Assembly (NCBI GenBank): GCA_013239625.1
Contig: MU054187.1
Location: 5,653,757 to 5,717,756 of the forward strand
From: Lama guanicoe
Taxonomy: Eukaryota
Direction of reading: 5' to 3'
DNA: 64,000 bases
Shown here: positions 13,172 to 26,432 of the stretch, piece after piece
How positions within the stretch are numbered: position 1 is the first letter of the stretch
Layout of the letters: the number at the start of each line of letters is the position of its first letter
Notes under the pieces: model-generated
The model's input: the letters and a program-made list of their open reading frames with translations, nothing else
What the model was told of the DNA's origin: nothing
Databases searched by the model: none
Made by a program: the position numbers and the translations under genes

Positions 13172-13331
13172 TGATATCATCCATGTATGGAAAGAGGTGG
13201 AAGGGGGAATGGGCCTAAGGGAGTCTGGATTTGTACCATCAAGCCATCCCTGAAATTAGATATCATCTCCTTCAAATATTCAATACTGATACACTTAAGA
13301 TAAAAGGATCCAGAACTTTGGCAAAAGAACG

Positions 13332-13810
13332 CTATTTTGCTTATCTATTGCTGTGCAATAAACCAACTTAATAAGACCTCCGGATAAGGACTGTACTATT
13401 TACCACGTGTCTGTGGGCTCGCTGCACTCAGCTGGGCTTATCTTCTGCTGCAGGGGTGGAGCTGAGGTCTCCAACGTTGCACTTCCAGCTGGGACCTGGG
13501 CTGGGGCTGGAATTTTCAAGAAGGTCTCTCACCCTCCAGAGCCTCTCCCCACCTGGCTTATCGCTCTTTGAATCTAGCTCAAGCTTCCCTACAGCCTGGT
13601 ACCTGGCTTCCAAAGGCAGTTTTCCAAGACTTTTTCTTGAAAAGACAGTTAAAGTGTTTATAAAGGCCCGGCTTGCACCTCACTTGCCAATGTTCTATTG
13701 GCCAAATCAAGTCAAGAGGCCAGGCCCATTGTCAGCGTGAGAGGGGCTCCACGTGGGCATAAACACCAGCAAGGGGATGGTCTATTATAGACCCATGAAA
13801 GCATCCACAG
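13332..13810 (-). mobile_element. Old MaLR LTR (MLT1H-K group)
   Basis: TTATCTATTGCTGTGCAATAAACC start, CTCAGCTGGG and TTCTATTGGCCAAATCAAGTCAAGAGGCCAGGCCCA are typical of antisense MLT1. Confidence 0.7.
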
Positions 13811-14046
13811 CTCAGCCAGCACGAAGAATTGGAAAACTCCTCGATTCTGATTTGTCCTAAGTTGACCTCTTCTTTTTTCAGTAAATCATAGACAAGACCA
13901 ATGGTGCTGACAAGCTTTCAAAATGTCAGAAAGATGGACCATCTGGCTGCTCCCTCCAGTGTTTTCCTCCTTGCCAGAAGGGCATAATTCCAGGCTCTGG
14001 CACTAGGATTACAGAGCCCCAAACTCAGCTTTTAAGGACATGCATT

Positions 14047-14305
14047 TTTTTTTACCATTTTTTATTGATTTATAATCATTTTACAATGTTGTGTCAAATT
14101 CCAGTGTAGAGCACAATTTTTCAGTTATACATGAACACACATGTATTCATTGTCACGTCTTTTTCTCCATGAGCTACCATAAGATCTTGTATGTATTTCC
14201 CTGTGCTGTACAGCATAATCTTGTTTATCTATTCTATAATTTTGAAATCCCGTCTATCCCTTCCTACCCTCCGCCCCCTTGGCAACCACAAGTTTGTATT
14301 CTATG
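14047..14305 (-). mobile_element. Young, 5'-truncated L1 3' UTR with 13-bp TSD
   Basis: T-run tail at left, L1 3'-UTR-like body, flanked by AAGGACATGCATT at 14034-14046 and 14306-14318. Confidence 0.85.
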
Positions 14306-16039
14306 AAGGACATGCATTATTGATCAAGGTAAAAGGGGACACTAGGGCTCGGTAAACTCACAAAAGACAACATCACCAACCAGATGTCAATTCAGTAGTT
14401 TACAGAGACAGACCTACCTGGCCCGTGCGTGGAGGCTAACTGCAAACCCAGTCCTTGTGGGTAAATCCCCGCCGGGGAAACAAATTATAAAAGCAGAGAC
14501 CATTCTGTGAACACAAATCTGGAACAAAGGGAGCTGGACAGTCTCATAGGATATTTCCATTAAGGCTGATGAATTGTCTTTCTCAGTCCTACAAACGTCT
14601 CTATTTTAAGAACTGGCTCTGTTCTGTTGAATTACAGCAACACTGCCTTGTAATAAGACTAGAAAACCACTGATAGAACATTATTTTCAAGAGCAAAGAC
14701 TATGAACAGGATTAAGTATGAAAGTCAAAAACTTTTTCTCAACATTCCATGTTGCATAATACCAATCATTTTTTCACCCAAGACAATATTCATATTGATT
14801 GTACATGACCCAAAAAGCATTGTTGACACATAAGTTTAGTTCAGTAATGAGTGCACTTCCATTTGTAATCTGATAATCCCCCTGGCTAACAGGGTGCCAT
14901 AGCCAAACGATGCTTGTATAGTTTGGTTAACATCTGCCAATGACTGAACCTAAGGACAGAATCCATCGACTGTTCTAAATTTGCTTCCCAGCATCAAGAT
15001 TAAACTAAACAGCTAGGCCTTGCATCCTCTAAGACAGTCTATTAAATTCATTTACACATAAAGTTTATATACTTTACAAATATCACTGATTCACGCTGCT
15101 AATGTTCCTGACCTTCTGGTGAACTAGAAACAGAATGGGGAAAGGGACATTTACTGAAACTCTTCTGTAAGAGTTCATGTTTTCGTTTGGACATTAAGAT
15201 GACATGCACAGTTTGAGAAATGGGATATGTGGATTTTATTGACAGCATTTCTTTATATGAATCCTTTAGGCCAACCTCTCAAAATTCAGTTTTCAGGAGG
15301 GGAATGCAATTTTTCTATGATGACTGCTCTTCCTCCCATGGCGAAATATTCTTCGTGGTGTTAAGCCTGGGATTACGTGATTCGTTAGATGAGGATGGAG
15401 AAATAGTCACTGTATCATATGTAAAAGAGCTTTGTCTCTTTAAATATTACATATCTCATATGTCAATATTCAAATGCCAGTTCTCGGGGCATTGCTATAC
15501 AAGGCTCTCTCAAGAAATGCATTTATATGAGCATTTATTGAAGATTATGTTCACAGCAGTAAGAATCACATCAACTCTTTCAGGCACCCAGTTCTCAGAC
15601 TTAGACAACTCGCAATAAAAACTCTCACCCTTGAGCGGTCTACCATCACCTCCAACTCCACATGTTGGGCTGGAATTAATCACTGATGTTCCTGATGTGC
15701 TTTGAGAAGCACCGGGGGGGTCTCAGAGCCAGCCAAGAAGCCACAGAGTCAAGAAGGAATCATGTAGAACTCGAGACTCTGCCATTTCCTTTCAAGCAGA
15801 GAAACCTGGTTTCTATAATGAGTTCCCCTTAAAACCTTATCACGATAAGTGGGATTAAATGTTGAGCCCACAGTAAGTGCTCAGTAAACATTTCTTCTTT
15901 GTTTCCTTCCCTCCGTAACCCAGCCCAGGATCCAGTCTATGAACAGTAATATTTTTCCCTAGTCTTACAGTCTTGAGACCCTGAACTCCTCCCTAGCAGT
16001 TCCTTCCTTCACGCCCAATCGCCAGTCTCTACTAGGCCC

Positions 16040-16420
16040 ACCGGTGCTGTTTGTCGCAGGTCTCAGACGCGTCCTTATCTCACCGCTTCCTCTAATGCCA
16101 TCTTCCAATATTCTGGGGCTGCGAGCCCTGCAACAACAGCCTGAGGTCTGACGCTCCGGCCGTGGGTCTCTTCCCGTCCATCTGGGCGACGCGGCCGCGC
16201 TCCGCAGCCGGGCTGCGCCGGGGCCCTTGCAGCCGAGTCCGCCGCCGAGGCCTGCGGGGCTGCTTGCGGAGCTCCGGCGCGCGCGGGCGCTTCGAGGGAA
16301 ATCCGGGGCCGTGCCTGCCTCGGCGCTGCTGGGAACTGCTGCAGGGGACCCAGCGGCGCCAAATTGCTAGCTGGTGCCCGCAGTTGCGGCTGCTGTGTTC
16401 AAATGTTCAACGCACACCTT
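16040..16420. promoter_or_regulatory. Small CpG-rich island
   Basis: Dense CpG/GC run (e.g. GCGACGCGGCCGCGCTCCGCAGCCGGG, CCGGCGCGCGCGGGCG) in otherwise CpG-poor DNA. Confidence 0.75.
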
Positions 16421-17089
16421 AGTGGGGGTTCTCCGAGAATTACCTAAGACCCTTCTCTCAGGAGATCTTTCTAAAAAAGGGGGAGGGGGAGAGAGACGGA
16501 AACCTTCGTTTGTCAAATAGGTCTGAGAACCCCATATAATGTATTATGCTCTGAGTGTAAAGCTAGGTATTAACATCTCAAGTCTCTGATAAATATTATA
16601 GTTAAGAAACCTGCTTACCTTTTTTTAACCTCTCATTTTTTCGGTGGTTTTTATTCGTATCTTCAGCAAAGTTATTAAAATCCTGCAGGATTTGTGTCCT
16701 CGGAAAGCTTCGTAAACGCTGCCTTAGTAAGCACTGTGGTGGACACGAACACAGTATGTTAAAGGGTCATTGTCACTGTGTTACCACGATTCAGAACTTT
16801 CCGGTCGATTAAGTCTGAAGCTCCTCTTCTGTAATTCAAACTCCTTTACTATTTTCTGCTGTCTCATGCCCCTTCTTATACTGATGACAGTGAGAGCCAC
16901 CAGTTGCTGAATCTGATACTTTGGGAAAACTAGGTGCATTTTCATTGTCCTCATAAATTTCATGGAAGTGGGGTTAGAGGAAAACACTGACTTAGAGGAG
17001 CTAAAGGCCATTTAGTGTATAAAGGGCAGCATCACCACTATTTCCAGTATTAGTAGGCGTCGTGTGCAAAGTCAGAGGACGCTTGCCTT

Positions 17090-17300
17090 GCCTCTGCCCA
17101 AAAGACAGAGCTAAGGTCCTGGTAAAAGTAAGAAGAGGTAAATTTGAGTTCAGTATAAAGAAGGTCTTTCCAACAACAGCAGCTGCGACAAGATTGTGCA
17201 GGCTTCCCTGGTGCCTGGGGCTATTTATTTTGTCATACCTTCTCAGAATATTCGAGAGGGTCCCCATGCACCTCTTGGAGTTCTTAGACTACATGAATCC
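17090..17300 (+). mobile_element. L3/CR1 ORF2 C-terminal fossil
   Basis: ORF 17062-17331 reads DRAKVLVKVRRGKFEFSIKKVF...RLP...LRIFERVPMHL, resembling the CR1 end RTRxNGLKLQxGRFRLDIRKNF...RLP...LEVFKxRLDxHL. Confidence 0.55.
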
Positions 17301-17577
17301 TACGTTTACCCTGCAACCTTCCCTGTCATGATTGCGGGCGTTACATGACACTTGGAAGTAGACATTTAACAAGTAACGTTCATGCCCACACACACTTAGC
17401 TCTTCCTCATCTTCACTCTGAGTATGCTTGTTCAAAGAAGAGTCTTCTTCAAAGATTCTGGTATTTGGAGTGTTCTTTGGAAGAAAGAGTCAAATATTCT
17501 CAGCTCAGGACATTAAATCATGGGGGCTAAAAATGTTCTGAAAACATACATGGATTCCTATCTTAAAAAGAAACACA

Positions 17578-17814
17578 TGAGTTTGGGATTAACAGATACA
17601 CATTACTATATATATAAAATAGACAAACAGCAAGGACCGCTGTAGAGCACAGGGAACTATATTCAATTCCTTGTAATAACATATAATGGAAAAGAATCTG
17701 AAAAAAAAATAGATGCATGTGTATGTATATGTATAAGTGAATTGCTTCGCTGTACACCTGAAACTAACATTGTAAAGCAACTACACTTCAGTAAAGAATA
17801 AAATTTGTTTTTAA
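17578..17814 (+). mobile_element. Cetartiodactyl-type L1 3' end with 13-bp TSD
   Basis: GAGTTTGGGATTAACAGATACACATTACT...AGCACAGGGAACTATATTCAA; TSD AAAAAGAAACACA at 17565-17577 and 17815-17827. Confidence 0.85.
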
Positions 17815-19103
17815 AAAAAGAAACACAAAAAGCAGCTCTGTCCCAGGGGACAGAACCCATTAGGGAGAAAATTTAGGAGCTCCCACTAGGTGCCCATGTC
17901 CACCAGCAACCGTTCCTTGAAGAGCTCAGCCAAGCCCCCAGAGGTCTTGTAAGGAATCCCTGACTCCTGAAGGAAGCACTCTGCCCCTTCTCACAGCTGC
18001 TGTGAGTCACATAAAACATCACCTTGGCTCTGAGACCAGACCTTAATCACATATCGGGACGGAAAACACAGCCTTAAACAGGCTTAAAATCCAAATTCTT
18101 TCCATGCCCCTGTGCAAGTATTAAAAAAAAATACCCGCACCCTTTTATAATATAGATTTGTGAAATGATGAATACGCTGCTATCATTTATGGTTTCCTTT
18201 CAGAAGGGACCCTTATTTATAAATGAATGGTTCTGTAATAACCCAATGGCACCTTCATAAATCTCTCCAATGTGCGGGACTCTGTAACACATCTGATGAG
18301 AAATGTGTTTACTCTTTCAGGATTAAAAATAGAAAAACACAATAGAACAAGTTCATTGGCAGGTTCAGGTGGCCACTTAGTTTATAATAGAATCAGGAAA
18401 TGAAAGTGCCCTGTGGTTCAGTAAAAAACTCCACTAGAACCCATTTTTAGCTAACACAAGCAGGGCGTGTTACTGAGCTCCCTCAGTTGTCAGCATTAAA
18501 AAAAAAAAAATTAACTGTATACCTCCTTTCAGCCAGCTAAATATTTATTCAAATCTTCAGCTTGTTATTTCTTCATTAACAAGGTTTCCCCTGCTGCTCA
18601 GCAGAATATGTGAGGAACTTTGCAAATGTCAGAAGCACTCGAGTTGAATCAACCAGGGGAAGTGATAAAAAAGACTCATAATCAAGTGGAACCACCGCAG
18701 TGGCACATTTCAAGCTGGGAAATAATAGATCAATACACAGGGCTCTCTCCCTCGGGATAAGGCCGCTGTTTGTTCTTATTTTGTGATTTGTTTTTACTCA
18801 TCGGATCACAAGTACAACGCGTGTCTGTGTTAACCTGCAATTTGTAAATGATCATTTGTGTTCTAATCCCCAGAACGCTGCCGCGGAGGAAAGAGGGTGC
18901 AGGTTTTGAAAGGAAAGCGGAATCTTGGGAACAAAGGAGAGCAAAATAAAATAAACAAAGCGTTTTAGGCAGAGAATCAGTGCCTTGGGAGCTCCTGGTT
19001 AGCCTGCGAATATCTCGTTCTAATAGTAGATCAAGCTTAAGGACACAGGGTTTGTGAAACGTGGGCAAACACAGCAAAGATGCTCACAGAAAAGACAACT
19101 CTT

Positions 19104-19237
19104 TCTTTTTTAACATTTTTTAATGAGTTACAGTCAGTTTACAATGTTGTGTCAAATTCCAGCGTAGAGCACAATTTTTCAGTTACACGTGAACATACAT
19201 GTATTCATTGTCACATTTTTTTTTTTGCCGTGAGCCA
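19104..19237 (-). mobile_element. Young L1 3' end (same family as 14047-14305) with 16-bp TSD
   Basis: Shares TTTACAATGTTGTGTCAAATTCCAGYGTAGAGCACAATTTTTCAGTTA with the 14 kb copy; TSD AGAAAAGACAA(C/T)TCTT at 19088-19103 and 19238-19253. Confidence 0.85.
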
Positions 19238-22200
19238 AGAAAAGACAATTCTTAAGCTTCAGTTTATTCTGACCTTAGAAAACTACCATGTTCATTTGCT
19301 TGGTGTTTTCTTTTTTAATTTTTTTATTATCTTGAATTTGTAGATGTTTTATGTTTACGTTTGTGGTTTGGTAAGGGTCTTGGTTTGTGTAAGCTTTCCT
19401 GCTGTTGTTGGTCTAATACAAAAATCGTATGAACTCATCTTTTTTACATGATTGCATCTTAGTTTTAGCACCATCGTCCAATAATAAAACACACCCTGGT
19501 CGATTTATCTTGAAACCAGTTTCCTTACATTATTTCAGATATTTATTACAACCTAACAGTTCCCAATTATTAAAAGCATCTGGTTTATAAACAAAACCAC
19601 AGCAAAATATATGAAGACTGCTATTTCTTCATCCAAGATAGCAACATGATAGCAAAAGAGATGTTTCCAAAATCACAAAGAAGAAAAAGTTTCAATGCGG
19701 AGGTAAATAAATGAACCTGCAAAAATGTTGCAGTGAGGGTGCACACCTTCCTAGATTATGGAAACTCCGAGCATCTATTTGGCTCTTTCCAAATATAAAC
19801 AGACTTTTCTAAACTAGAAAGGTGTCATTTGCAAAATAAGACCCACCATGAAATGAAGCGAAGGGCTTGGCACCCAGGTGCCCTTCATGGCCAGCCGATG
19901 ACAGTGATGATGATGTGAGAACTTCCACTGTGTATGTGAGACTGAAGCATGGGGGACACTCGGCTGCGCCCTGCCTGCCAAACCCAAAACTCACGGCGTC
20001 ACTGTTCCAGCAGGTCTTTTAAGTCTTTCCGTCCAGGAAGAAAGGAGGCAGCCAGCAGCCAGGGCCCAGGGGAAGGTTACTTCTCAATCCACAGGGTCCA
20101 CGTTCATCCACAGCCCCTGCAGGGGTTACCCCCACCCAGGCCTCAGAGCTCGCCTGGCCCCTCTGGAGAGGGTAGCACAACGTGGTAGACGATGGGTATA
20201 AAATGAGGGCAACTTTTGCTTGTTCGTGTTTGTTTGAATTGAAGCACACTTGATGTCCCATTTTCTGTTAGTTTCAAGTGTCAACACAGTAATTCAGGAT
20301 TGGTATCGTTTATGCCTCATGGAAAGTTGAAATACTGCCATCTGAAGAGCCCGCCTGCAGATGGGACACACCAGCTCCAGCTCCCCAGGCCAGGGTGACT
20401 GCTGATGAAGTTATAATGTAGACTGGAAGGTCGGGGGTCTGGGTGAGGAGGGGAGAAGTAGCTCGTTTAATGAAAAGGGAAAGGGTCATTCAAGGGGCGG
20501 AGTTTGGTCGCTCCTCTACATCACAGGGATTCATTCTGCATATTAAATAAATGAAATCTTAACACCACTTACGAACAAAACTCTTGCAAAGTCGTCTTAG
20601 GACAAGGTCTGTGTCTGAGATTCTCCGGGGCTGTGGCTAAAATCAGACCATGCTTGACTTCACATCATCCCGTCCTTTGCATTCACACTTTCCTCAGTTC
20701 TACAGGGAAGATCTCTAGGTCTGTAGTTTTTGCCCACCAAAAAGCAAAGATGTTTTCCTGGACTCCAGCGTCCGGGGAAGCTCTGCCTTTACGCGATGTT
20801 GTGAGTGACTTTGTAGAATAAGCTGGTTTCTTTTTGTCAAATAAGCTCTCTTTCAAGCTGGCCGAGAGTTTATTTTTTACTTTTTATGAAGATTCTACAG
20901 TGAGCCTAATGGCACAGAATGGGGCCCAGAAATCATTTGTAATACTCAACCGCAACATGGATTTTATTTTCTGCCTCCTTCGAAATAAGTCTTTTCTAAA
21001 TATATTGTTGAGGACTGATGGCACATAAAAGGGAGCTATTAAGGAGAACCACGGGGTGTCCGTGATGGGAAGGGCTGATTATCCCTGACAGCCTCCAACC
21101 CTGGAATTCATGGAAAGGGAAACCGCACATATTTCAGCGAGACTAGCCGGCAGATAAATTTTATGCCACGTTGCCCTTCTCCCCTCTTTCTCTTCATTCC
21201 TCTCTCTAAAATGGCACATCTGTTATGAGGTGTTCTTGGAAGCTTGCTGATGTCATCCGAAGCAACGTAGTATCAGACGCATCAGCATCTTCTTAAAAGA
21301 TAAGCTTGCTCTGTGCTACAGCAGCTTCCTCATTAGAGCAGGTGGATTTATTCACATGCTCCTTTGCATGGCGTTACTAAGTATTATTCTGTAGCAGGAC
21401 AATCTGGGAAAAGCTCCGTGCCTTCCAAACACTGAAATGCAGGGAGGTCATCGGCAAAACCCCATAAACGAATGTGAATCTCATCCTTCCTTCAGGTTTC
21501 ATTCTGTGACCTTGCACCCAGATTCCATGAATAGAACATTGTCCTCACAGGGCAGAGGCTCAATAACTGGACATTTTCTGGGTCCCTGAATTCATACAAT
21601 GAGATATCAACTCCAATCTGCGAGCACGATGCTCCAGTGACTGCCGGGAATGGCTGCAGTATTGATGCCTTTCAATGGAGTTCACATCATTCACCCAGCA
21701 GCGCTCAATAAAACGATACTGTAGTTAACAAGTTTTATAACACAAAGTTACTTTAAAACATGGAACTAATCAGAGGGAAGCCTGTTTATGCATGTCACCA
21801 CCACATTTAATTGTCAATAAATAAACAAAGATTTGCTTCACCTATTGTCATGTATATCAAGTAAGTCATTAATCTAAACTAATGAAGCTTAAGATATATG
21901 ACAGACAGTTTTTATGGAGCGCCTTCATAATGATATGTTTGCTTTTCATTTCAATGCCAAGAGCCCATTATCAAGAAAGCAGCACATTATGGTCCAAAAC
22001 GCACTGAAATCTACAGCACGACTCTTTGTTCGGGGTTCGCAACAAGCGGCGCCTGCACTTACGTTGTCATGTACTCTTTGCAGTGAAAAGCATTAGAGAC
22101 GAATAAAGGGAGGTGGGGGGTGGCGATGCATCTGATGCTCCTGCTCTGGTGTGGGTGCCCCTCATCCTGCCATCAGATTTTTAAGCTTACCTGGAAGGAA

Positions 22201-23219
22201 AAAGGAAACTCAATCCAGCCCGATTCATACACACACCCATTTTGAAAAACATGAGTGAATATGTATCAGAAACACAATGAGTCCTAATCACTGCAGAACT
22301 CCCTGAATCTCCAAAGGGCACACACCCGGGATGCCACGCCGCAAATAGTTGCTGGGTGATAGAAGCAGGCATTCGACAATTATTTCAATATTCATGTTCA
22401 TCCTAAACCCTTGATGGTTTCCAAAGATGAAGAAATCATTTCTTATTCTGCTTCTAGTGGAGAAGAACCATGTAGATGAATTAAACATCTGTCAGACCAT
22501 AAAGATTCCTTTACCCAGTGACAAAACATTCAAAATAGACCCTTTGGGCCAGTGCCACTAAGAGACTATGGCAGGTACCAAAGACCCAACGAAAGGCTCT
22601 GTCCTGTCCCACTTTGGTTTACATAAATCTGGAGAAATATGCCTTAAATGGGACCAGACTATAAGAGGACGCAGCAGATCTGTGAGCAGGGCAGGTCAAA
22701 CGGCCGCAGTCTGTGGCTCAGGATCTTGACCATCTTTTTTCCTCAGTGCACTCCCAGAACCTTCCATGGTTCCTGGCCCATGGTGGGTATTCGGCGAATA
22801 TTTGCCAAGTCTATAAAAGCAACCATGATATAAGGAATGAAAGGATATTTTAAAGCTTTTCTGGAAACATCTTTTTCTCCTCTCCCATCCCCTTTTATCT
22901 ATTCTTCGAGTGAAAAATGCCTCCACAGTCAAGTGCTTTCCCTTCTCTGTCTTCAGGGTCAGGCCTGAAGGGCCTCGATGAAGTTGTAAGTCCATTCCTT
23001 CTTGAATTTTCTACCTGCTCAAATCAAACCAAAATTCAGTTCATTCCTTCAAGAGAAGCTTACGGAGCATCACAGGGCACGTGGGTCCTCATGGCGCTCA
23101 GAGACGTACACACAGAGAAATGGCAAGCATTGTCCGCGGCTTTTAGAGCTCTGTGCTCACAGGTGCACAGGGGAGCGTGATCATGAGCAGAGGGTTCAGG
23201 GAAGTCTTCCCAGGACACA

Positions 23220-23880
23220 CGCCAAAGAGGTCAAATTACCACTTTTTGAAGAAGACATGATAGTGAACTTTCAAAAGTCTTGATAGGTTTTGATAGTGAA
23301 CTTTAAAAACTTCGAGAACCAATGATAAAACTAACACAAACATTAAAGAAATTAAATAATCTCTCGGGATATAAAATTAGCTCACCAAAGTAAATAGCCT
23401 TCACAAACACAAAATGACACCAGTCAGAAGATACACTGAAAGAGAAAAACCCACTTACAGCAACAAAAATAAAAGGTACTTTGAAATAAACTTTAAAGAA
23501 AAACTTCAAAACTGTCCTGAAGCAGAGAGAGAGAGAGAGAGAGAAACCTCAAAACAAGAAGAGATTAGCTCTTCTTGGATAGAGCGATTTAGCATCCTAA
23601 ATATATGCCACTTCTCTCCCAAGTTAATATACTAATTCAGGGCAATCCTAAGAAAATTACCAACTTTTCTTTTCTGGAGCCACATGAATTAGTTCCAGAG
23701 TGCATAAGGAAAAACATCCACTAGTGCCTAGGAAAATCCTGAACAGTAAGAATAAGAAGAGGAACTACTGTTACTAGATATTAAAACTATGAAGATCAGT
23801 CATTAAAACAGCACGGGTCAGGTATGTAAACAGACAGATAAACCAATGGGGAAGGGAGTTTACAAATTTAAACTGGAACG
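23220..23880 (+). mobile_element. Old L1 ORF2 (reverse transcriptase region) fossil
   Basis: KEVKLPLFEEDMIV resembles L1 EVKLSLFADDMIV; downstream GGATATAAAATT (GYKI) and SSWIER motifs follow. Confidence 0.75.
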
Positions 23881-24462
23881 TCTTGTGACAAAGCAAGGAA
23901 GCACTCAAAAACAAACAGGACAGATCCAAACAGACACCAGCTTGAAAGGGCTTCCACTGGCCAATTTTTTTTAATGATTTGAATATAATAAAGAATAATG
24001 ATTCTAATGGATGGATCCTAATATCCATAAGGATAGTAAAAGGACAAGGGAGAAGCTAAGGAAAGATCTCCTTTATATAAGAATACAACTAATGAACTCA
24101 GAGAAATGACAGTGTGGGAAAGCGGCCACTTTCCATCTCAACTGTAATAATTTATTTAGGTAAGGCAAAGGATAACTTCGTGGGTGCTAAGCCATTACGT
24201 GACATATGATCGAGGAACATGACATTGACATGTTCTCAATGTGTTATCTCACAATTTAACCATTACAAACGAAAAAAATACTTTTACACTGGAAAGCTCT
24301 GAGAGATGTCACTTCAACCAAGTGATCAAACTTAGTATCACCAGTAATTAGGTGACCAGTAACCAGAGTTCCCAGTTTTTCTGGAATATGCCTAGTTTTC
24401 ACCTGATGTCTCCGAATACTTATTAACTATACCATTTTCTCCTCTCAAAGGAGTCCCAGTTT

Positions 24463-26432
24463 ATGGCAAGAAAACAGACACACAGATCAATGGAACAGGA
24501 TAGAAAGCCTGGAAATAAACCCAAGTATTGTGGTCAATTCATCTACAACAAAGGAGGTGAGAATATACAATGGAGAGAAGACAGTCTCTTCAGCAAGTGG
24601 TGCTGGGAAAGCTGGACAGCTGCCTGCACAAGAGTGAAATTAGAACACGCCCTAACGCCATATACAGAAATAAACTCCAAGTGGGTTTGTTAGGCAGTTA
24701 GATAAGTGGGGGCACCGGGCAGATAAGGAGGAGAGGGAAGATGGTCCGGAAGTTAGTGCTATGCCTGCCCACAGCATAAGGGGCTCTACTTCTCTAAATA
24801 AGTGCCAGCAAGAAACTGGTTGGGACCTGATGGCCACAAACATGCAGTAGTGACAAGGACCTAAAGTTCTACCTTTAATATAATTAGCATCGTGGTTTAG
24901 GGCCCCCCATGGGTTTTCTGTGTGCATCATGGGTAAGGACATGTGCAAAAAGGGACGAGCACAACTAAGCACTCCAGGGGCGAGGGCTGTCAATCAATCA
25001 AGAGATCGCTTCTAAGTGAGGGTATAAGACAGACGGACAAAGACCAAGGCTGCCATCCATTCTTGGAGGTGCACTTTTGCTTTGCTAATAAAATCTTAAC
25101 TACGCAATGCTTTTACCTCCTGTCTGAATTCTTCTCTTTTGAGTGAGACAAAAACCCAGGTCTTCCCCTTTGAGGGTAACAGATTAAGACCTAAACGTAA
25201 AGCCAGATACTGTAAAACTCCTAGAGGAAAACATATGCAGAACCGCCTTTGACACAAATCACAGCAATTTTTTTGGATCCATCTCCTAGAGCAATGGAAA
25301 TAAGAGCAAAAATAAACAAATGAGACCTAATTAAACTTACAAGCTTTTGCACAGCAAAGGAAACCATAAACAAAACAAAAAGCAACCTACAGACTGAGAG
25401 AAAATATTTGCAATCGATAAGACCGACAAGGGATTAATTTCCAAAATATACAAACTCAGACAGCTCAATATCAAAAAAAAAAAAACCCAATCAAAAAATG
25501 GGCAGAAGACCCAAACAGACATTTCTCCAAAGAAGACATTACAGATGGCCAACAGGCACATGAAAAAGATGCTCAACATTGCTAATTGTTTGAGAAACGC
25601 AAATCAAACTGCAATGCAGTATCACCTCACACCCATCAGAATGGCCATCATCAAAAAGTCTATGGGCACTAAATGTTAGAGGGGGTGTGGATGAAAGGAA
25701 ATCCTCCCACATTGTTTGGGGGGACTGTATATTAGTGCAGCCACTGTGGAGAACAGTGAGGACGTTTCTTAAGAAACTAAAAATAAAGTTACCATATAAT
25801 CCAGCAATCCAATCCCACTCCTGGGCACAGCCAAAAACTCTGAGTCGAAAAAATACATGCACACCAAAGTTCATAGCAGCACTATTTACAGTAGCCAACA
25901 CATGGAAGCAACCTGTGTCCACTGACGAATGAATGGATAAAGAAGTTGCGCCATATATATATATATAATTCAGCCATAAAAATGAATTAAATAATGCCAT
26001 TTGCAGCAACATGGCTGGACCCAGAGACTACATTCTAAGTGAAGTAAGTCAAACAGAGAAAGACAAATATATGTGGAATCTTTAAAAAAAAAAAGATACA
26101 AATAAACATACTTACAAAACAGAAATAAACTCAGAGACATAGAAAACAAACTTATGGTTACAAAAGGGGAAAAGTAAGGGAGGGATAAATTAAGAATTTG
26201 GGATTAACAGATTCATACTGCTATGTATAAAATAGATAAACAGCAAGGACCTACTGTACAGCACAGGGAACTATATTCAATATATTGTAATAACCTATAA
26301 TGAGAAAAATCTGAAAGTAAATAAATATATGTGTATATATATATATATAATATATATATATATAATATATATAACTGAATCTCTTTGCTGTATACCTAAA
26401 ACATAGTAAATCAACTATACTTCAATAAAAAA
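24463..26432 (+). mobile_element. 5'-truncated cetartiodactyl L1 (ORF2 C-terminus plus 3' UTR), interrupted by a solo LTR
   Basis: Translations DSLFSKWCWESWTAAC, LTPYTEINSKW, LVQPLWRTVRTFLKKLKIKLPYNPAI and CTPKFIAALFTVANTWKQP are L1 ORF2 motifs; 3' UTR with a (TA)n tract and AATAAA tail; degenerate TSD around GTCCCAG on both sides. Confidence 0.92.
24688..25181 (+). mobile_element. Complete ERV1-type solo LTR (494 bp)
   Basis: TGTTA...TAACA termini, 4-bp TSD GGTT/GATT, TATAA at 25023, AATAAA at 25087; the L1 ORF2 sequence rejoins across it. Confidence 0.85.

Noticed and set aside
16075..16422. GC-rich ORFs on both strands as coding exons
   Set aside because: Low-complexity frames are expected in a CpG island; no recognisable protein or exon chain.
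17001..17267. Minus-strand ORF with AAAVVGKT resembling a NACHT/P-loop Walker A motif
   Set aside because: It lacks the first Gly of GxxxxGKT and any Walker B; the opposite strand is better explained as an L3/CR1 ORF2 end.
25539..26012. 157-aa minus-strand ORF
   Set aside because: It is an antisense reading of L1 ORF2.
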